Assembly (NCBI GenBank): GCA_964496095.1
Contig: CAZBWU010000001.1
Span: 185,474 to 249,473, forward strand
Length of the DNA: 64,000 bases
Direction of reading: 5' to 3'
DNA from: an uncultured Gammaproteobacteria bacterium
GTDB lineage: Bacteria > Patescibacteriota > Patescibacteriia > Magasanikbacterales > GWA2-37-8
A model generated the notes under the pieces. That model saw nothing but the letters and a program-made list of their open reading frames with translations, searched no databases and had not been told where the DNA came from. This document shows, piece after piece, positions 10,782-21,300 of the stretch; positions within the stretch are counted from its first letter, which is position 1, and each line of letters starts with the position of its first letter. Made by a program: the position numbers and the translations under genes.

Positions 10782-11663
10782 TTAAACAACTACATTTCGT
10801 AGCTTGTTGATTCTGTCCTGAATCGGAGGATGAGTAGAAAATAAATTAGCTAATTTTTTGCCGGAGAATGGGTTGGCAAAAAAGAGATGAGCAGTTGCTT
10901 TGCTTGCATTTTGCATTGGCATATTTTGAGCGGCGATTTTTTCTAGAGCTTTAGCTAATGCTTCTGGATAGCGGGTAAGCAGAGATCCGGAGGCGTCGGC
11001 TAAGTATTCGCGACGGCGGGAAATAGCGAGCTTGATGAGTTCAGCTACGAGCGGGGATAGGACAGCTAAGATAATACCAACTAACATAAAAATTGCTAAA
11101 ACATTTCCGTTCCCACGATTGCGCCCACGAAAATGACCACTTCGCAAGAGAATATTGGATAATATAGCAATTGAACCAACTAGAATAGCCACAAGCATCA
11201 TGAATCGGATATCATAGTTTTGGATATGGGATATTTCATGGGCTAGCACACCTTCTAGTTCTTCGTTGGTTAATTGTTCTATAGCGCCGGTAGTGACGGC
11301 TACTGAGGCAGTTTCTGGGTTGCGACCAGTGGCAAAGGCGTTGATAGCTGGGTCGTTGATGATATAAATTTTTGGTACGGGCAGTCCACTGGTGATACAG
11401 AGGTTTTCGATCATTCTTGATACATAAGGATTTTCTTCTTTGGCAATGAGTTTGGCGCCATTTGTAGCCAGGGCAATCTTATCTCCCTTAAAATATGAAA
11501 CCATGGTAATGATAAAAGAAAGAATCGTGGCTAAAAATAGACCCGCAAGATCACCAATACCTGAAAGCATGCCAAATACATAGCCTAACACCAGAAGAAT
11601 AACAATAAATATGGTTATGAGGGCGACGGACTGTCTTTTGTTGGAGGTTATTTGGGAGTACAT
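10782..11663 (-). CDS. htpX: Zn metalloprotease HtpX (M48)
   Basis: NAFATG, LAHEISH, SRRREYLADA, STHPP; start moved to MYSQ. Confidence 0.95.
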   Translation of the reverse strand: MYSQITSNKRQSVALITIFIVILLVLGYVFGMLSGIGDLAGLFLATILSFIITMVSYFKGDKIALATNGAKLIAKEENPYVSRMIENLCITSGLPVPKIYIINDPAINAFATGRNPETASVAVTTGAIEQLTNEELEGVLAHEISHIQNYDIRFMMLVAILVGSIAILSNILLRSGHFRGRNRGNGNVLAIFMLVGIILAVLSPLVAELIKLAISRRREYLADASGSLLTRYPEALAKALEKIAAQNMPMQNASKATAHLFFANPFSGKKLANLFSTHPPIQDRINKLRNVVV

Positions 11664-11667
11664 ATAC

Positions 11668-12033
11668 TTATTTTTTTGCTTCTTCGTTATACTCACCTAT
11701 ATGGTAAACATAAAAACTATTATCATAAGTTATTACTTCTAACAAAAATTTTTTATTTTCATCCGTCCAACGAAGTGCACCCCCAATGCCATAGTTTATA
11801 TTTTTTGCTTGTTGAAATTTTAATATTCCAGTACTCTCAGAAAAGAAAACAATATCATCAAAAACGTATGATCCTATAGCAGCAAGATTGTTAAGCTCTT
11901 TAACTTCGTCTCCCTTTTTTAAGTTTTTTGGTAGCTCAAATCCAATTTTACCTTCTTCTGCTACTTGTTTTTTAATAGTTTCAAGAGGCATTTTTTGTTC
12001 GCCAGGCATTCTATATACTTCATCTCCTGTCAT
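11668..12033 (-). CDS. Hypothetical protein between lemA and htpX
   Basis: 121 aa ORF filling the gap with 3-4 nt spacers. Confidence 0.65.
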   Translation of the reverse strand: MTGDEVYRMPGEQKMPLETIKKQVAEEGKIGFELPKNLKKGDEVKELNNLAAIGSYVFDDIVFFSESTGILKFQQAKNINYGIGGALRWTDENKKFLLEVITYDNSFYVYHIGEYNEEAKK

Positions 12034-12036
12034 AAA

Positions 12037-12603
12037 TTAGAACTTCACTTGTACATTTTCTTTTTCTGTAGCATCAGCCTGGAAGAATTCATATTTCTTA
12101 AATCCTAATGAGTTGGCGATAAGGTTTGTAGGGAAGACTTGTATTTTGGTATTGAAATCGCGAGTATTGCCATTGTAGAAACGGCGGGAAGCTTGGATTT
12201 TGTTTTCTGTATCACTGATTTCATCTTGTAGTTGTAAGAAGTTTTGGCTGGCCTTTAAGTCTGGATAATTTTCAGTGACAGCAAACAAAGATTTCAAAGT
12301 TCCGGAAAGCATGTTTTCTGCTTGTTCACGTTCCTGTAATGTAGCGCCTGGTTTGCTCTGCAAAGCCATAGCGTTACTACGAGCTTCGGTAAGTTTTACC
12401 AAAGTTGCTTGTTCATGGGTCATGTAGCCTTTGACGGTTTCTACCAAATTTGGAATCAAATCATAACGGCGTTTGAGCTGGACATCAATGTCACTAAAAG
12501 CTTCTTCAACTTGGTTTTTTGAACGTACGAGACCGTTGTAAACTGCGACTAACCACAAGACGACTACGGCGACGGCGGCGAGGAGGATATATAATCCTGA
12601 CAT
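12037..12603 (-). CDS. lemA: LemA family protein
   Basis: IDVQLKRRYDLIPNLV, ENYPDLKAS, RRFYN. Confidence 0.96.
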   Translation of the reverse strand: MSGLYILLAAVAVVVLWLVAVYNGLVRSKNQVEEAFSDIDVQLKRRYDLIPNLVETVKGYMTHEQATLVKLTEARSNAMALQSKPGATLQEREQAENMLSGTLKSLFAVTENYPDLKASQNFLQLQDEISDTENKIQASRRFYNGNTRDFNTKIQVFPTNLIANSLGFKKYEFFQADATEKENVQVKF

Positions 12604-12728
12604 ATGCGTATGAATAAATTAATAAGTTAAGCCTATTGGCTTTTTTACCTAATTATTATATACTTTAGTATATTATAGAGTTGCAGAAATTACAAGGATT
12701 TAAGCTTGTAATTTATTTTATCAAATTT

Positions 12729-13895
12729 ATGGTTACTTTGTTAATTTTTATCGCTGTTTTGGCAGTACTAGTACTTTCTCATGAGTTTGGCCATTTTGTA
12801 TCGGCACGCAAAAGTGGTATGAAAGTCTATGAATTTGGCTTTGGTTTTCCACCCCGATTGTTTGGGGTTCAGGCTGTGCTAGATGAAGCGGGTAAGAGAA
12901 AATGTCGATTTATTTGGGGTAAAAAACCAGATGAAGCTAATTTTGGCACCGTTTATTCTTTTAATCTTCTGCCCTTAGGCGGATTTGTGCGTATCAAAGG
13001 TGAAGATGGTGAAGAAACCGGCGAAGATAGTTTTGCTGCTCAGAAATTCTGGAAAAAAGGAATTACCTTGCTCGCCGGGGTTGGTATGAATATTATTTTG
13101 GCCTTTGTTTTGTTGTCTGTTGGCTTCATGTGGGGCGCGCCTCAAGCGATAGATAGTCTGCCACCAGGTACAAAAATAGAAAATAGTCATTTGGAAATTA
13201 TGGAAGCCTTGGCAGGTAAGCCAGCAAACGTGGCTGGAATTGAGTCAGGCGATATTATTATCAGTCTTGATAATTTGCAAAATCCGAGCGTAAAATCATT
13301 GCGAGATTATGTAGATGCCAATAAAAACAAAGATATTAAAGTGACTGTAAAAAGAGGAAATGAAACTTTGGAAAAAAACATCCGACCATTTATTGACTCT
13401 GAAACTGGTAAAGGTGGAATAGGAGTCGCGCTCATTGAAGTCGGTACAGTGAAGTATCCTTGGTATATGGCTATCTACCAAGGGTTTATTATGACTGGGC
13501 TGTACTTAAAAGAAATTGTGGTATCTTTTTATACTTTGATTGCGGGATTGTTTAGAGGGGCACCAGTGGGAGAATCATTGTCTGGTCCGGTAGGTATTGC
13601 GGTGATGACTGGCAAAGTCGCTAAGCTTGGGTTTAGTTATTTGCTAAATTTTATGGCTTTATTGTCTCTCAATTTGGCTATTATAAATGTCTTGCCAATT
13701 CCAGCTTTGGATGGAGGTAGATTTTTATTTTTACTAATTGGTAAAATTACAGGCAAACCGCTTAATCAAAAATATGAACAGATTGCGCATGCGATTGGTT
13801 TTTTTGTTTTGATATCACTTGTTATTTTAATTACCGTAAAAGATTTAGGTAAGTTTGCAGGATTATTTTCTAGTTTGATACATAAGGTAATCTAA
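12729..13895 (+). CDS. rseP: Intramembrane metalloprotease RseP (M50, PDZ)
   Basis: HEFGH, LPLGGFV, PDZ domain, NVLPIPALDGG; start moved to MVTLL. Confidence 0.95.
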   Translation: MVTLLIFIAVLAVLVLSHEFGHFVSARKSGMKVYEFGFGFPPRLFGVQAVLDEAGKRKCRFIWGKKPDEANFGTVYSFNLLPLGGFVRIKGEDGEETGEDSFAAQKFWKKGITLLAGVGMNIILAFVLLSVGFMWGAPQAIDSLPPGTKIENSHLEIMEALAGKPANVAGIESGDIIISLDNLQNPSVKSLRDYVDANKNKDIKVTVKRGNETLEKNIRPFIDSETGKGGIGVALIEVGTVKYPWYMAIYQGFIMTGLYLKEIVVSFYTLIAGLFRGAPVGESLSGPVGIAVMTGKVAKLGFSYLLNFMALLSLNLAIINVLPIPALDGGRFLFLLIGKITGKPLNQKYEQIAHAIGFFVLISLVILITVKDLGKFAGLFSSLIHKVI

Positions 13896-13901
13896 AATAC
13901 T

Positions 13902-14933
13902 ATGCAAGAAAAATTACAACAATTAAAAACGGAAGCGCTCACTGCTTTGAATTCTATCAAGGACAAGTTGCAGTTGGAAGAATTGGAAACAAAATTACTT
14001 GGTCGTAAGGGCGGGCAACTTACTGAAATGCTCAAAGGCCTAAAAGATCTCAGTGAAGATGCCAAGCGACAAGTAGGGCAACTAGCTAACGAAGTCAAAA
14101 AATCTGTAGAAGAGGCAATAGCAAACAAGAAAAAAGAATTTGTTCAGCAAGAGATGTCAGGATTGCTTGAGAAAGAATATATAGATATCACTCAGCCAGC
14201 CTTGCCAGCCAAAAATCTAGGGCATTTGCACCCAAACACTATCATTCAAAATGATTTAGAAGATTTGTTTACCTCTATGGGTTTTGCGGTGATTGATGGA
14301 CCAGAATTAGAGAGTGACTATTATAATTTTACCGCTTTAAATATCCCCGAAAATCATCCGGCGCGCGACATGCAAGATACTTTTTATATCAAAGGTCACT
14401 CGGACTGGCTGATGCGAACCCAAACTTCGCCGGTGCAAGTACGAGCTATGCAAAAACATGGTGTGCCTCTGCGGGTGATTGTGCCTGGCAAATGTTATCG
14501 TAATGAAGCAACCGATCCTCGCCATGAGCACACTTTTTATCAACTTGAAGGTTTGGTGGTAGACAAAGATATTAATTTTAGCCATCTCAAAGGTGTGTTA
14601 GAAGCGGTGGCCAAACATTTGTATGGTCCAAAAACTCAAATTCGTTTGTTGCCGAAATTTTATCCGTTTGTGGAGCCTGGTGTGCGCGGAGAAGTGACCT
14701 GTTTTTTGTGTGAAGGCAAAGGTTGCCGAGTTTGTAAACAAACTGGCTGGCTTGAGATCTTTGGTGCAGGTATGGTGCATCCAAGCGTACTTAAAGAAGG
14801 TGGAGTTGATCCTAATGTCTATCAAGGATTCGCTTTTGGTTTTGGTCTGACAAGACTAGTAATGCTTAAGTATGGAATAGAAGATATACGATTACTAGAA
14901 AGTGGAAATATGAAATTCTTGGAACAATTTTAA
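13902..14933 (+). CDS. pheS: Phenylalanine--tRNA ligase alpha subunit
   Basis: HPARDMQDTFY, RTQTS, YPFVEPG, GFAFGFG. Confidence 0.98.
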   Translation: MQEKLQQLKTEALTALNSIKDKLQLEELETKLLGRKGGQLTEMLKGLKDLSEDAKRQVGQLANEVKKSVEEAIANKKKEFVQQEMSGLLEKEYIDITQPALPAKNLGHLHPNTIIQNDLEDLFTSMGFAVIDGPELESDYYNFTALNIPENHPARDMQDTFYIKGHSDWLMRTQTSPVQVRAMQKHGVPLRVIVPGKCYRNEATDPRHEHTFYQLEGLVVDKDINFSHLKGVLEAVAKHLYGPKTQIRLLPKFYPFVEPGVRGEVTCFLCEGKGCRVCKQTGWLEIFGAGMVHPSVLKEGGVDPNVYQGFAFGFGLTRLVMLKYGIEDIRLLESGNMKFLEQF

Positions 14934-14942
14934 ATATTTTTT

Positions 14943-15137
14943 ATGGAATATTCATTATCTACAAAAAATTTTAGTATAAAAAGAGTAATTAAAACAGTTG
15001 CAATTATTATTGGTTTATTTTTATTAGCTTTAATTTTATTTTTGATGATTCTTTTTGTGTTAATAAGATTAGATGAAAAAGGTACACGGGAAGCGGTGTG
15101 TAAGGGAGCTATAAATGAAGAGGAGTGTTTGAATTAG
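14943..15137 (+). CDS. Small single-TM hypothetical protein between pheS and pheT
   Basis: 64 aa ORF with a long hydrophobic stretch; AT-rich. Confidence 0.55.
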   Translation: MEYSLSTKNFSIKRVIKTVAIIIGLFLLALILFLMILFVLIRLDEKGTREAVCKGAINEEECLN

Positions 15138-15165
15138 TCCTTTTAAATGAAGTGATAATATATCT

Positions 15166-17601
15166 ATGTTAATATCCTATAACTGGCTCAAAAAATACGT
15201 TAATCTATCCGACTCCACTACGCCCGAAGAAGTTTCTGAAAAGCTCAAGGCTAGTACGGTGGAAGTAGAAAGAATAGAAGTCCAAGGCAAAAACTTGGAA
15301 AATATTGTGGTAGGAAAAATCCTGTCTGCGGAAAAACACCCAAATGCAGATAAATTAAAACTTTGTAAAGTAGATGTTGGTAATGAGCAATTACAAATTG
15401 TTTGTGGTGGCAGTAATGTGGCGGAAGGCATGCTAGTGGCGCTCGCCAAAGTGGGAGCAAAAGTAAAATGGCATGGAGAAGGTGAGTTGATAGAATTAAA
15501 ACCAACCAAGATTCGTGATGTAGAATCTGCGGGGATGATCTGTGCTTCTACCGAAATTGGTTTGGGAGAAATGTTCCCACTCAAAGACGAAAAAGAAATT
15601 TTAGATTTAACTTATACTAAGGCAAAGTCAGGAACTCCTATGGCTCAAGCTTTGGGCTTGCATGATGCAATTTTAGAAATAGATAATAAGTCGCTTAGTA
15701 ATCGCCCTGATTTGTGGGGGCATCATGGAATTGCGCGAGAGGTAGCCGTACTTTTTAATAAGCATTTAAAAGAATATAAAATAGAAAAGATTAAGCCTGG
15801 AAAGGAAATAAAAATTTCTGTGAATATTCAAGATAAAAAATTATGTCCGCGCTATATGGCGGTGGCCATTTCTGGAATTAAAGTTGAGGAATCTCCACAG
15901 TGGTTGAAAAAAAGTTTGTCAGCTGTAGGTCTACGAAGCATAAATAATATCGTGGATATTACCAATTTTGTCATGTTGGATTTGGGCCAGCCAATGCACG
16001 CTTTTGATGCTTCAAAAATAAAAAATTCTAAAATAGTAGTTCGTCTTGCCAAAGATGGGGAAGAGTTTATTACTTTAGATGAACAAACCAGAAAATTGGA
16101 TTCATCTATGCTTTTGATTGGGGATGAAGAAAAATCATTGGCGATTGCGGGTGTGATGGGTGGAATGGAAAGCGGTATTAGCGACCAGACAACTACAATT
16201 ATTTTTGAGTCAGCTAATTTTGAGCCAAGCTCTATTCGTACAACTTCTACAAAATTAGGATTACGTACCGATTCTTCGGCGAGATTTGAAAAAAGTTTGG
16301 ATCCAAACTTGACAATGACGGCTCTAGAAAAAGCCGTGGAACTTGTTTTGCAATGTTGCCCTGGAGCAAAAGTGGCTAGCAAAGTTATAGATGAATCAAA
16401 ATTTAGTTTGAAACAAGGTCCAATAAGTCTCAGTATTCAGCTGTTGGAGAAAAAAATTGGTATTAAACTGCATAACAAGGAAGTGGTGCATATTTTGGAA
16501 CAGTTGGGCTTTGAAGTAAAAATTAAAGGCGATGAATTATCTGTAAAAATTCCTACCTGGCGCGCAACTAAAGATATTTCTATTGCCGAAGATTTGGTGG
16601 AAGAAATTGTTCGTATCTATGGTTATGACAAGATTGTCGCGACCATGCCAAGTTTTTCTATTGCTCCGCCTGAGCAAAATAAATTACGAGTCTTAGAACG
16701 AGATATAAAAGATATTTTGGTGCAGACTTTGAATTATACCGAAGTTTATAATTATTCTTTTGTTAGTGGTGCACAGATAGAAAAGATGGGGGATGATATT
16801 TCTAAGTATATTGAACTTGATAATCCTTTATCAAAAGAAAAACCATATTTGCGTCGCTGTTTGTTATTAAATTTATTAGAAAACTTAGAAACAAACCAGG
16901 CAGGGAAAGATAGTCTGAAATTATTTGAAATTGGAAAGGTTTTCCGCAGTGAAGATCCGGGGTTGCGAGCCGAATCAAATAAGGATGAATTATTGCCAGG
17001 CCAGGACACTTGGCTTACCGCCGTTTGTTTAGAAAAAAAATCCCCAGTTCCTTTTTGGGAAGCAAAAAGTGTGGTAGAAATTTTATCGCAAACAAAATTA
17101 CCCGGTCTTTCAGTTTCAAAATCTGGCGCGGAAGGCATTGCCCGACACCCCTCTCGTTCGGCTAGTCTGATTATGGGAGAAAAAAACATCGGTTCTGTTT
17201 ATGAGCTACACCCAATTGTTGAAGATAATTTTCGTTTAGACGGTCGAGTAGGAGTAGTGAAAATAAATTTAAGCGTAGTGGTAGATTTACTAGAGGCAAA
17301 TAAAAAGTATTCACCAATTTGCGCTTTTCCTTCTATTGAAAGAGATGTGGCAATTGTGGTTAAAAAACAGGTAGCGCATCAAGATATTTTGTCGGCTGTG
17401 CTTGCGTCCGATCCATTATTAAAGACTGTTAGCTTGTTTGATGTGTTTGAAGGCGCAAATATTGGCGCGGAAAATAAAAGTATGGCGTATCGGTTTGTTT
17501 ATCAACACAACGAACGCACACTTGTGACTGAAGAAGTAGAAAAAGCACATGCAAATATTATAAAAATCTTAAAAGAGAAATTTAACGCAGAGGTACGATA
17601 A
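15166..17601 (+). CDS. pheT: Phenylalanine--tRNA ligase beta subunit
   Basis: HPNADKL tRNA-binding domain, NRPDL, DLVEEIVRIYGY, ferredoxin-fold anticodon-binding C-terminus. Confidence 0.98.
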   Translation: MLISYNWLKKYVNLSDSTTPEEVSEKLKASTVEVERIEVQGKNLENIVVGKILSAEKHPNADKLKLCKVDVGNEQLQIVCGGSNVAEGMLVALAKVGAKVKWHGEGELIELKPTKIRDVESAGMICASTEIGLGEMFPLKDEKEILDLTYTKAKSGTPMAQALGLHDAILEIDNKSLSNRPDLWGHHGIAREVAVLFNKHLKEYKIEKIKPGKEIKISVNIQDKKLCPRYMAVAISGIKVEESPQWLKKSLSAVGLRSINNIVDITNFVMLDLGQPMHAFDASKIKNSKIVVRLAKDGEEFITLDEQTRKLDSSMLLIGDEEKSLAIAGVMGGMESGISDQTTTIIFESANFEPSSIRTTSTKLGLRTDSSARFEKSLDPNLTMTALEKAVELVLQCCPGAKVASKVIDESKFSLKQGPISLSIQLLEKKIGIKLHNKEVVHILEQLGFEVKIKGDELSVKIPTWRATKDISIAEDLVEEIVRIYGYDKIVATMPSFSIAPPEQNKLRVLERDIKDILVQTLNYTEVYNYSFVSGAQIEKMGDDISKYIELDNPLSKEKPYLRRCLLLNLLENLETNQAGKDSLKLFEIGKVFRSEDPGLRAESNKDELLPGQDTWLTAVCLEKKSPVPFWEAKSVVEILSQTKLPGLSVSKSGAEGIARHPSRSASLIMGEKNIGSVYELHPIVEDNFRLDGRVGVVKINLSVVVDLLEANKKYSPICAFPSIERDVAIVVKKQVAHQDILSAVLASDPLLKTVSLFDVFEGANIGAENKSMAYRFVYQHNERTLVTEEVEKAHANIIKILKEKFNAEVR

Positions 17602-17609
17602 TTTTTTTC

Positions 17610-17638
17610 TTGACATAAGTTTTTTTCAATGAGATAAT
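17610..17638 (+). promoter_or_regulatory. Sigma70-like promoter
   Basis: TTGACA-N17-GATAAT; AGGAGG-like RBS before 17689. Confidence 0.6.
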
Positions 17639-17688
17639 ATATCTATAAATTTTTCAATTCACATTTTATTTATTTAAAGGAGGGGAAT

Positions 17689-18075
17689 ATGATTGAAACA
17701 TCAAAAGATATTTTATATCTTGTCATCGCGTTCTGCGTTTTGTGGGTCACAGTTTTCTTGTGTTGGATGTTTTATTACGTCACCAGGATTTTAAAAAATG
17801 CAAACCAGATTGCGGAAGAGTTTCGTTCTCGCTTGCAGATGCTTACCGAAGGAATAAATTATCTACGAGGGAAAATAGAAAGCATTCATAGCTTGGTCAG
17901 TATGGCAAGCGGTGGAGTAGCGGGAATGGTAAAAAGCGCAGTTACCAAAAAAGCGACTGATTGGATAAATAAAGGCTCGGCTAGAGCCAACACTGCGGCT
18001 AGAGATGCGGTAGAAAAAGCAGTAGAAGCAACAGCCAAAAAAATGAAAAAAACTGCTAGAAACATCAAAAGATAA
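17689..18075 (+). CDS. Hypothetical membrane protein
   Basis: N-terminal TM, helical basic tail, good RBS. Confidence 0.8.
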   Translation: MIETSKDILYLVIAFCVLWVTVFLCWMFYYVTRILKNANQIAEEFRSRLQMLTEGINYLRGKIESIHSLVSMASGGVAGMVKSAVTKKATDWINKGSARANTAARDAVEKAVEATAKKMKKTARNIKR

Positions 18076-18089
18076 TACAAATTTTAAAT

Positions 18090-18118
18090 AAAAATCCCCT
18101 AAATTTAGGGGATTTTTT
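18090..18118 (+). terminator. Intrinsic terminator
   Basis: AAAATCCCCTAAATTTAGGGGATTTTT hairpin with T-tract. Confidence 0.75.
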
Positions 18119-18177
18119 ATGTTTGATTTTGTTATAGAGATAGGGTAAACTAGCGACAAGTTAATGCGCCCATGAAT

Positions 18178-18315
18178 TGTCATTCTGAGCTGAGCGAAGA
18201 ATCTCTGTCCGTGCAATTGTCATTCCCGCCAAAGCGGAAATCCAGACAATTTAAACACTGGATTCCCAATCAAGTTGGGAATGACAGAGATCCTTCGGCT
18301 ACGCTCAGGATGACA
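18178..18315. repeat. Nested pair of TGTCAT...ATGACA palindromic elements
   Basis: Outer TGTCATTCTGAGC...GAAGAATCTCTGTC / GACAGAGATCCTTCG...GCTCAGGATGACA enclosing inner TGTCATTCCCGCC...TCCAG / CTGGATTCCC...GGGAATGACA (18218-18286). Confidence 0.9.
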
Positions 18316-18330
18316 GGTAAATGTATGTCC

Positions 18331-18374
18331 GACCCCAGTACCAGAGCCACAAGAGTGGCTCGGTACGGGGCAAG
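18331..18374. repeat. 44-bp hairpin element (GACCCC...TACGGGGCAAG family), intergenic copy
   Basis: Same length and ends as the copy at 20827-20870. Confidence 0.85.
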
Positions 18375-18388
18375 TTTTGTTCACTATT

Positions 18389-21300
18389 ATGGATTTTGTC
18401 CATCTTCACGTTCATAGTCATTATTCTTTGCTTGATGCTCTGCCAAAAATAGACGAGCTAGTTGATCATGCCAAAAAACTTGGCTACAAATCTTTGGCTC
18501 TCACCGATCATGGTAACATGTATGGCACGATTGAGTTTTATGAGGCTTGTCAAAAAGCTGGCATCAAACCAATTATCGGGATGGAAGCATATCTAGTGGT
18601 AGGCAGTCGATTTGATAAAAATAATAGAGATGAAAAAATTTATCATCAAGTTCTTTTGGCTGAAAATAATATTGGTTATAAAAATTTGATGAAATTGGCG
18701 TCGCTGGCCAGTCTAGAGGGTTTTTCTGATAAGCCTCGTTTGGATAAAGAATTATTAAAACAATATCATGAAGGATTGGTTGCGCTTTCTGGATGTTTTG
18801 CCGGTGAAATTCCAACTATTTTACAAAGAGACGATAATTTTGATAAAGCCAAAAATGTAGCTTTGGAGTATCAAGAAATTTTTGGTAAAGATAATTTTTA
18901 TTTGGAACTAATGGATTTGCCTGCCTTGGAAGGTCAGATGGATATGAATACCAAGCTTATCCAATTATCGGCTGAGACAGGAATTCCAATGGTCGTCACT
19001 CGAGATTCTCATTATTTGGAAGAAGATGAAGCTGAGGCGCAAGATGTACTCACTTGTATTAGAGATGGTAAGACAATGGATGAGGATGGTCGAGCGACAA
19101 TGAACGGCGTAGATTATTCTCTCGCGCCTGCTAAAGAAATTATAAATCGTTTTAAGCATGTCCCAGAAGCGATTAGTAATACCGTAAAAATTGCCGACAG
19201 AGCGAATGTGACTATTGAATTAAATAAATGGCATTTTCCTCATCTAAATATTCCAGATGGCAAGACCGTTGATGAATACTTGCGAGAACAGGTTTATGAA
19301 AAATTGCCAAAGCGCATAGAGATGACCGAAGAAGTCAAAAAGCGCGCGGATTATGAGTTGGATATTATTGCTAAAAAAGGGTATTCGCCATATTTTCTCA
19401 CCGTGGCGGATTATATTAACTATGCCCGTGAGCATAGAATTATGGTGACCACTCGTGGTTCGGCAGCTGGCTCGGTAGTTTCTTTTGCGATGGGAATTGT
19501 GATGGATAATCCGCTTTATTTTAAACTTCCCTTTGAACGTTTTTTGAATCCGTTTCGTCCGAGTCCGCCTGATATTGACGGCGATTTTGCCGATGACAGA
19601 CGTGATGAGATGATTGCTTATGTGACCAAAAAGTATGGCGCAGACAAAGTGGCGCAGATTATTACGTTTGGGACAATGGCGGCTAGAGGTTCAGTGCGAG
19701 ATGTGGGTCGCGCGCTTGGTTATTCCTATTCTTTTTGTGATCAAATTTCCAAACTGATTCCTTTTGGCGCCCAAGGTTTTCAAATGACCATTGCCAAAGC
19801 ATTGACCTTGGAACCGGAATTAAAAAAACTATATGACAAGAACGCAGAGGTAAAACGTTTGCTTGATTTGGCGCAGAAGGTAGAAGGTTGCGCGCGCCAC
19901 ACTTCTATTCATGCAGCGGGAGTGGTTATCTCGCCAACGCCGCTGACAGATTTTACGCCTGTGCAACTTGAAACTGGTGGAGATAAAATCGTTACTCAGT
20001 ATGAAATGCATTCGGTAGAAACTGCCGGAGTTTTGAAGATGGACTTCTTGGGTATTCGCAACTTATCTATTTTAGGAAATGCAGTGGAGATAATCGAAAA
20101 AACTACTGACCAAAAAATAAATGTCTATAATTTGTATCCGTGGAATGACGCTAAGACATATGATATGTTGGCGCGCGGAGAGACTGTGGGTGTTTTTCAG
20201 TTAGCCAGTTCGGGTATGACAAGATATCTCAAAGAACTAAAGCCGAGCTCTATCTTTGATATCATGGCGATGGTAGCCCTTTTCCGTCCGGGTCCAATGG
20301 ATTCTATTCCTGACTATATTTTAAGAAAAAATAATCACGACCTGATAGAATACGAAGACCCAAGAATGAAAGATTATCTAGATCAATCTTTGGGGCTTAT
20401 TGTTTATCAAGATGATGTGTTGCTTACGGCTATAAATTTAGCAGGCTATAATTGGGAAGAAGCCGATAAGTTCCGCAAAGCCATGGGTAAAAAAATTCCT
20501 GAAGAAATGGCGAAACAAAAAGAGAAATTTTTTAAAGGGGCAAAAGAATTTGGAAAATTAACTAGTGAAACTATTAATAAACTTTGGGAACGCATTGAGC
20601 CTTTTGCGGCCTATGGTTTTAATAAAGCGCACGCTGCTAGTTATGCGGTCGTGGCGTATCAAACCGCTTATCTTAAGGCCAATTTTCCCGTGCAATATAT
20701 GACAGCGGTACTTATTGCCGAAAGTGGCGATATTGATAAGGTGCCAGAAATTATTCATGAATGTGAACGCATGGGCGTAAAAGTTTTGCCTCCTGATATT
20801 AATGAAAGCTTTAAGAGTTTTGCGATGACCCCAATAGCAGGGTCGCAGGAGCGACTCGCTACGGGGCAAGTTCCTTCTGCAGGTACGAGCGTAATTAGGT
20901 TCGGCTTAAATGGCATTAAAAATTTGGGTGAGAATATTGCCGAAGCAATTTACCAAGAACGTAAAGCCAATGGTAAATTCAAAGATCTGCAGGATTTTCT
21001 TACTAGAGTAAAAGATAAAGATTTAAATAAAAAATCTTTGGAAAGTTTGGCCAAGTGTGGAGCGTTGGATGGTTTTGGTTATGATAGGGGCGTACTATTG
21101 GCAAACATGGAAAACATTTTGTCATTTAGTAAACAAATAAAAGAAGGTGGCGCCAACACACAACATTCTTTGTTTTCCGGCACATCTTTAGACGCAGTTT
21201 CTGTATTAAAATTAGTAAATGCTAAGCCAGCCAACGAAGCCGATAAATTGACTTGGGAAAAAGAGTTGCTTGGTTTTTATATTACTTCACATCCTTTCAA

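Noticed and set aside
18172-18417. 81 aa ORF upstream of dnaE
   Set aside because: Made almost entirely of nested palindromic repeats; likely spurious.
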